Shown in pieces: positions 63,593 to 64,000 of a stretch of 64,000 nucleotides of DNA. Every line of letters begins with the position of its first letter. Positions within the stretch are counted from its first letter, which is position 1. Origin of the DNA: Octopus sinensis (taxonomy: Eukaryota); contig NC_043001.1 of assembly GCF_006345805.1 (NCBI RefSeq), positions 16,988,001 through 17,052,000 of the forward strand, given 5' to 3'. The notes under the pieces are model-generated. The model was not told the origin of the DNA and did no database searches. It was given only the letters and a program-made list of their open reading frames with translations. The translations under genes and the position numbers were made by a program.

Positions 63593-63905
63593 GAGCTAGC
63601 AGAACCGTTATCGCAGGCGGGCAAAATGCTTAGCGGTATTTCGTCTGCCGTTACGTTGTGAGTTCAAATTCCGCCGAGGTCGACTTTGCCTTTCATCCTT
63701 TCGGGGTCGATTAAATAAGTACCAGTTACACACTGGAGTCGATATAATCGACTTAATCCGTTTGTCTATCCTTGTTTGTCCCTTCTGTGTTTAGCCCCTT
63801 GTGGGTAGTAAAGAAATAGGTATTTCGTCTGCTGCTACGTTCTGAGTACAAATTCTGTTGAGGTCAACTTTGCTCTTCATCGTTTTGGAGTCGATAAAAT
63901 AAATA
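63593..63905 (+). mobile_element. SINE-A plus a degenerate second unit
   Basis: Family match. Confidence 0.8.
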
Positions 63906-64000
63906 CTAGTTTATATAGATCGTGGAGTTTAATCACTTCCAGGCGTCATTAGTGTAGACAACCTCGCAGCAAATATTTAGTTAACTGCACAAAAAGAATA

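Overview
Eukaryotic, repeat-saturated genomic DNA. It is most likely from an Octopus-type cephalopod, inferred from the tRNA-derived SINE families, RTE/R4/CR1/Tx1 LINE debris and very long (TA)n/(CATA)n/(AAT)n tracts. There is one 100-N gap at 48019-48118. The only host gene I can support is the 3' end of a minus-strand cytochrome P450 of mitochondrial-clan type: the heme-binding exon at 41867-42067 and the last coding exon at 37930-38067. Its upstream exons were not found in the window. The rest is SINEs (often head-to-tail multimers under one TSD), R4/Dong-like LINE fragments, a Penelope-like (GIY-YIG) element, two Tc1 relics, GG-ended MITEs, short Helitrons and mini/microsatellites. Almost all ORFs in the supplied track are microsatellite or SINE artefacts. 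No CRISPR or prokaryotic system is present. Four observations stand out. (1) At least nine hammerhead-ribozyme-like motifs from several unrelated families; four sit head-to-head in short fold-back palindromes with the same geometry. (2) A tRNA-headed SINE-like element appears to end in a hammerhead/pseudo-LTR module. (3) A 472-bp block is stitched from three inverted copies of nearby sequence. (4) An ~0.8-kb inverted duplication has a 10-bp array at its junction. All folds were derived by eye and coordinates of degenerate repeats are approximate.
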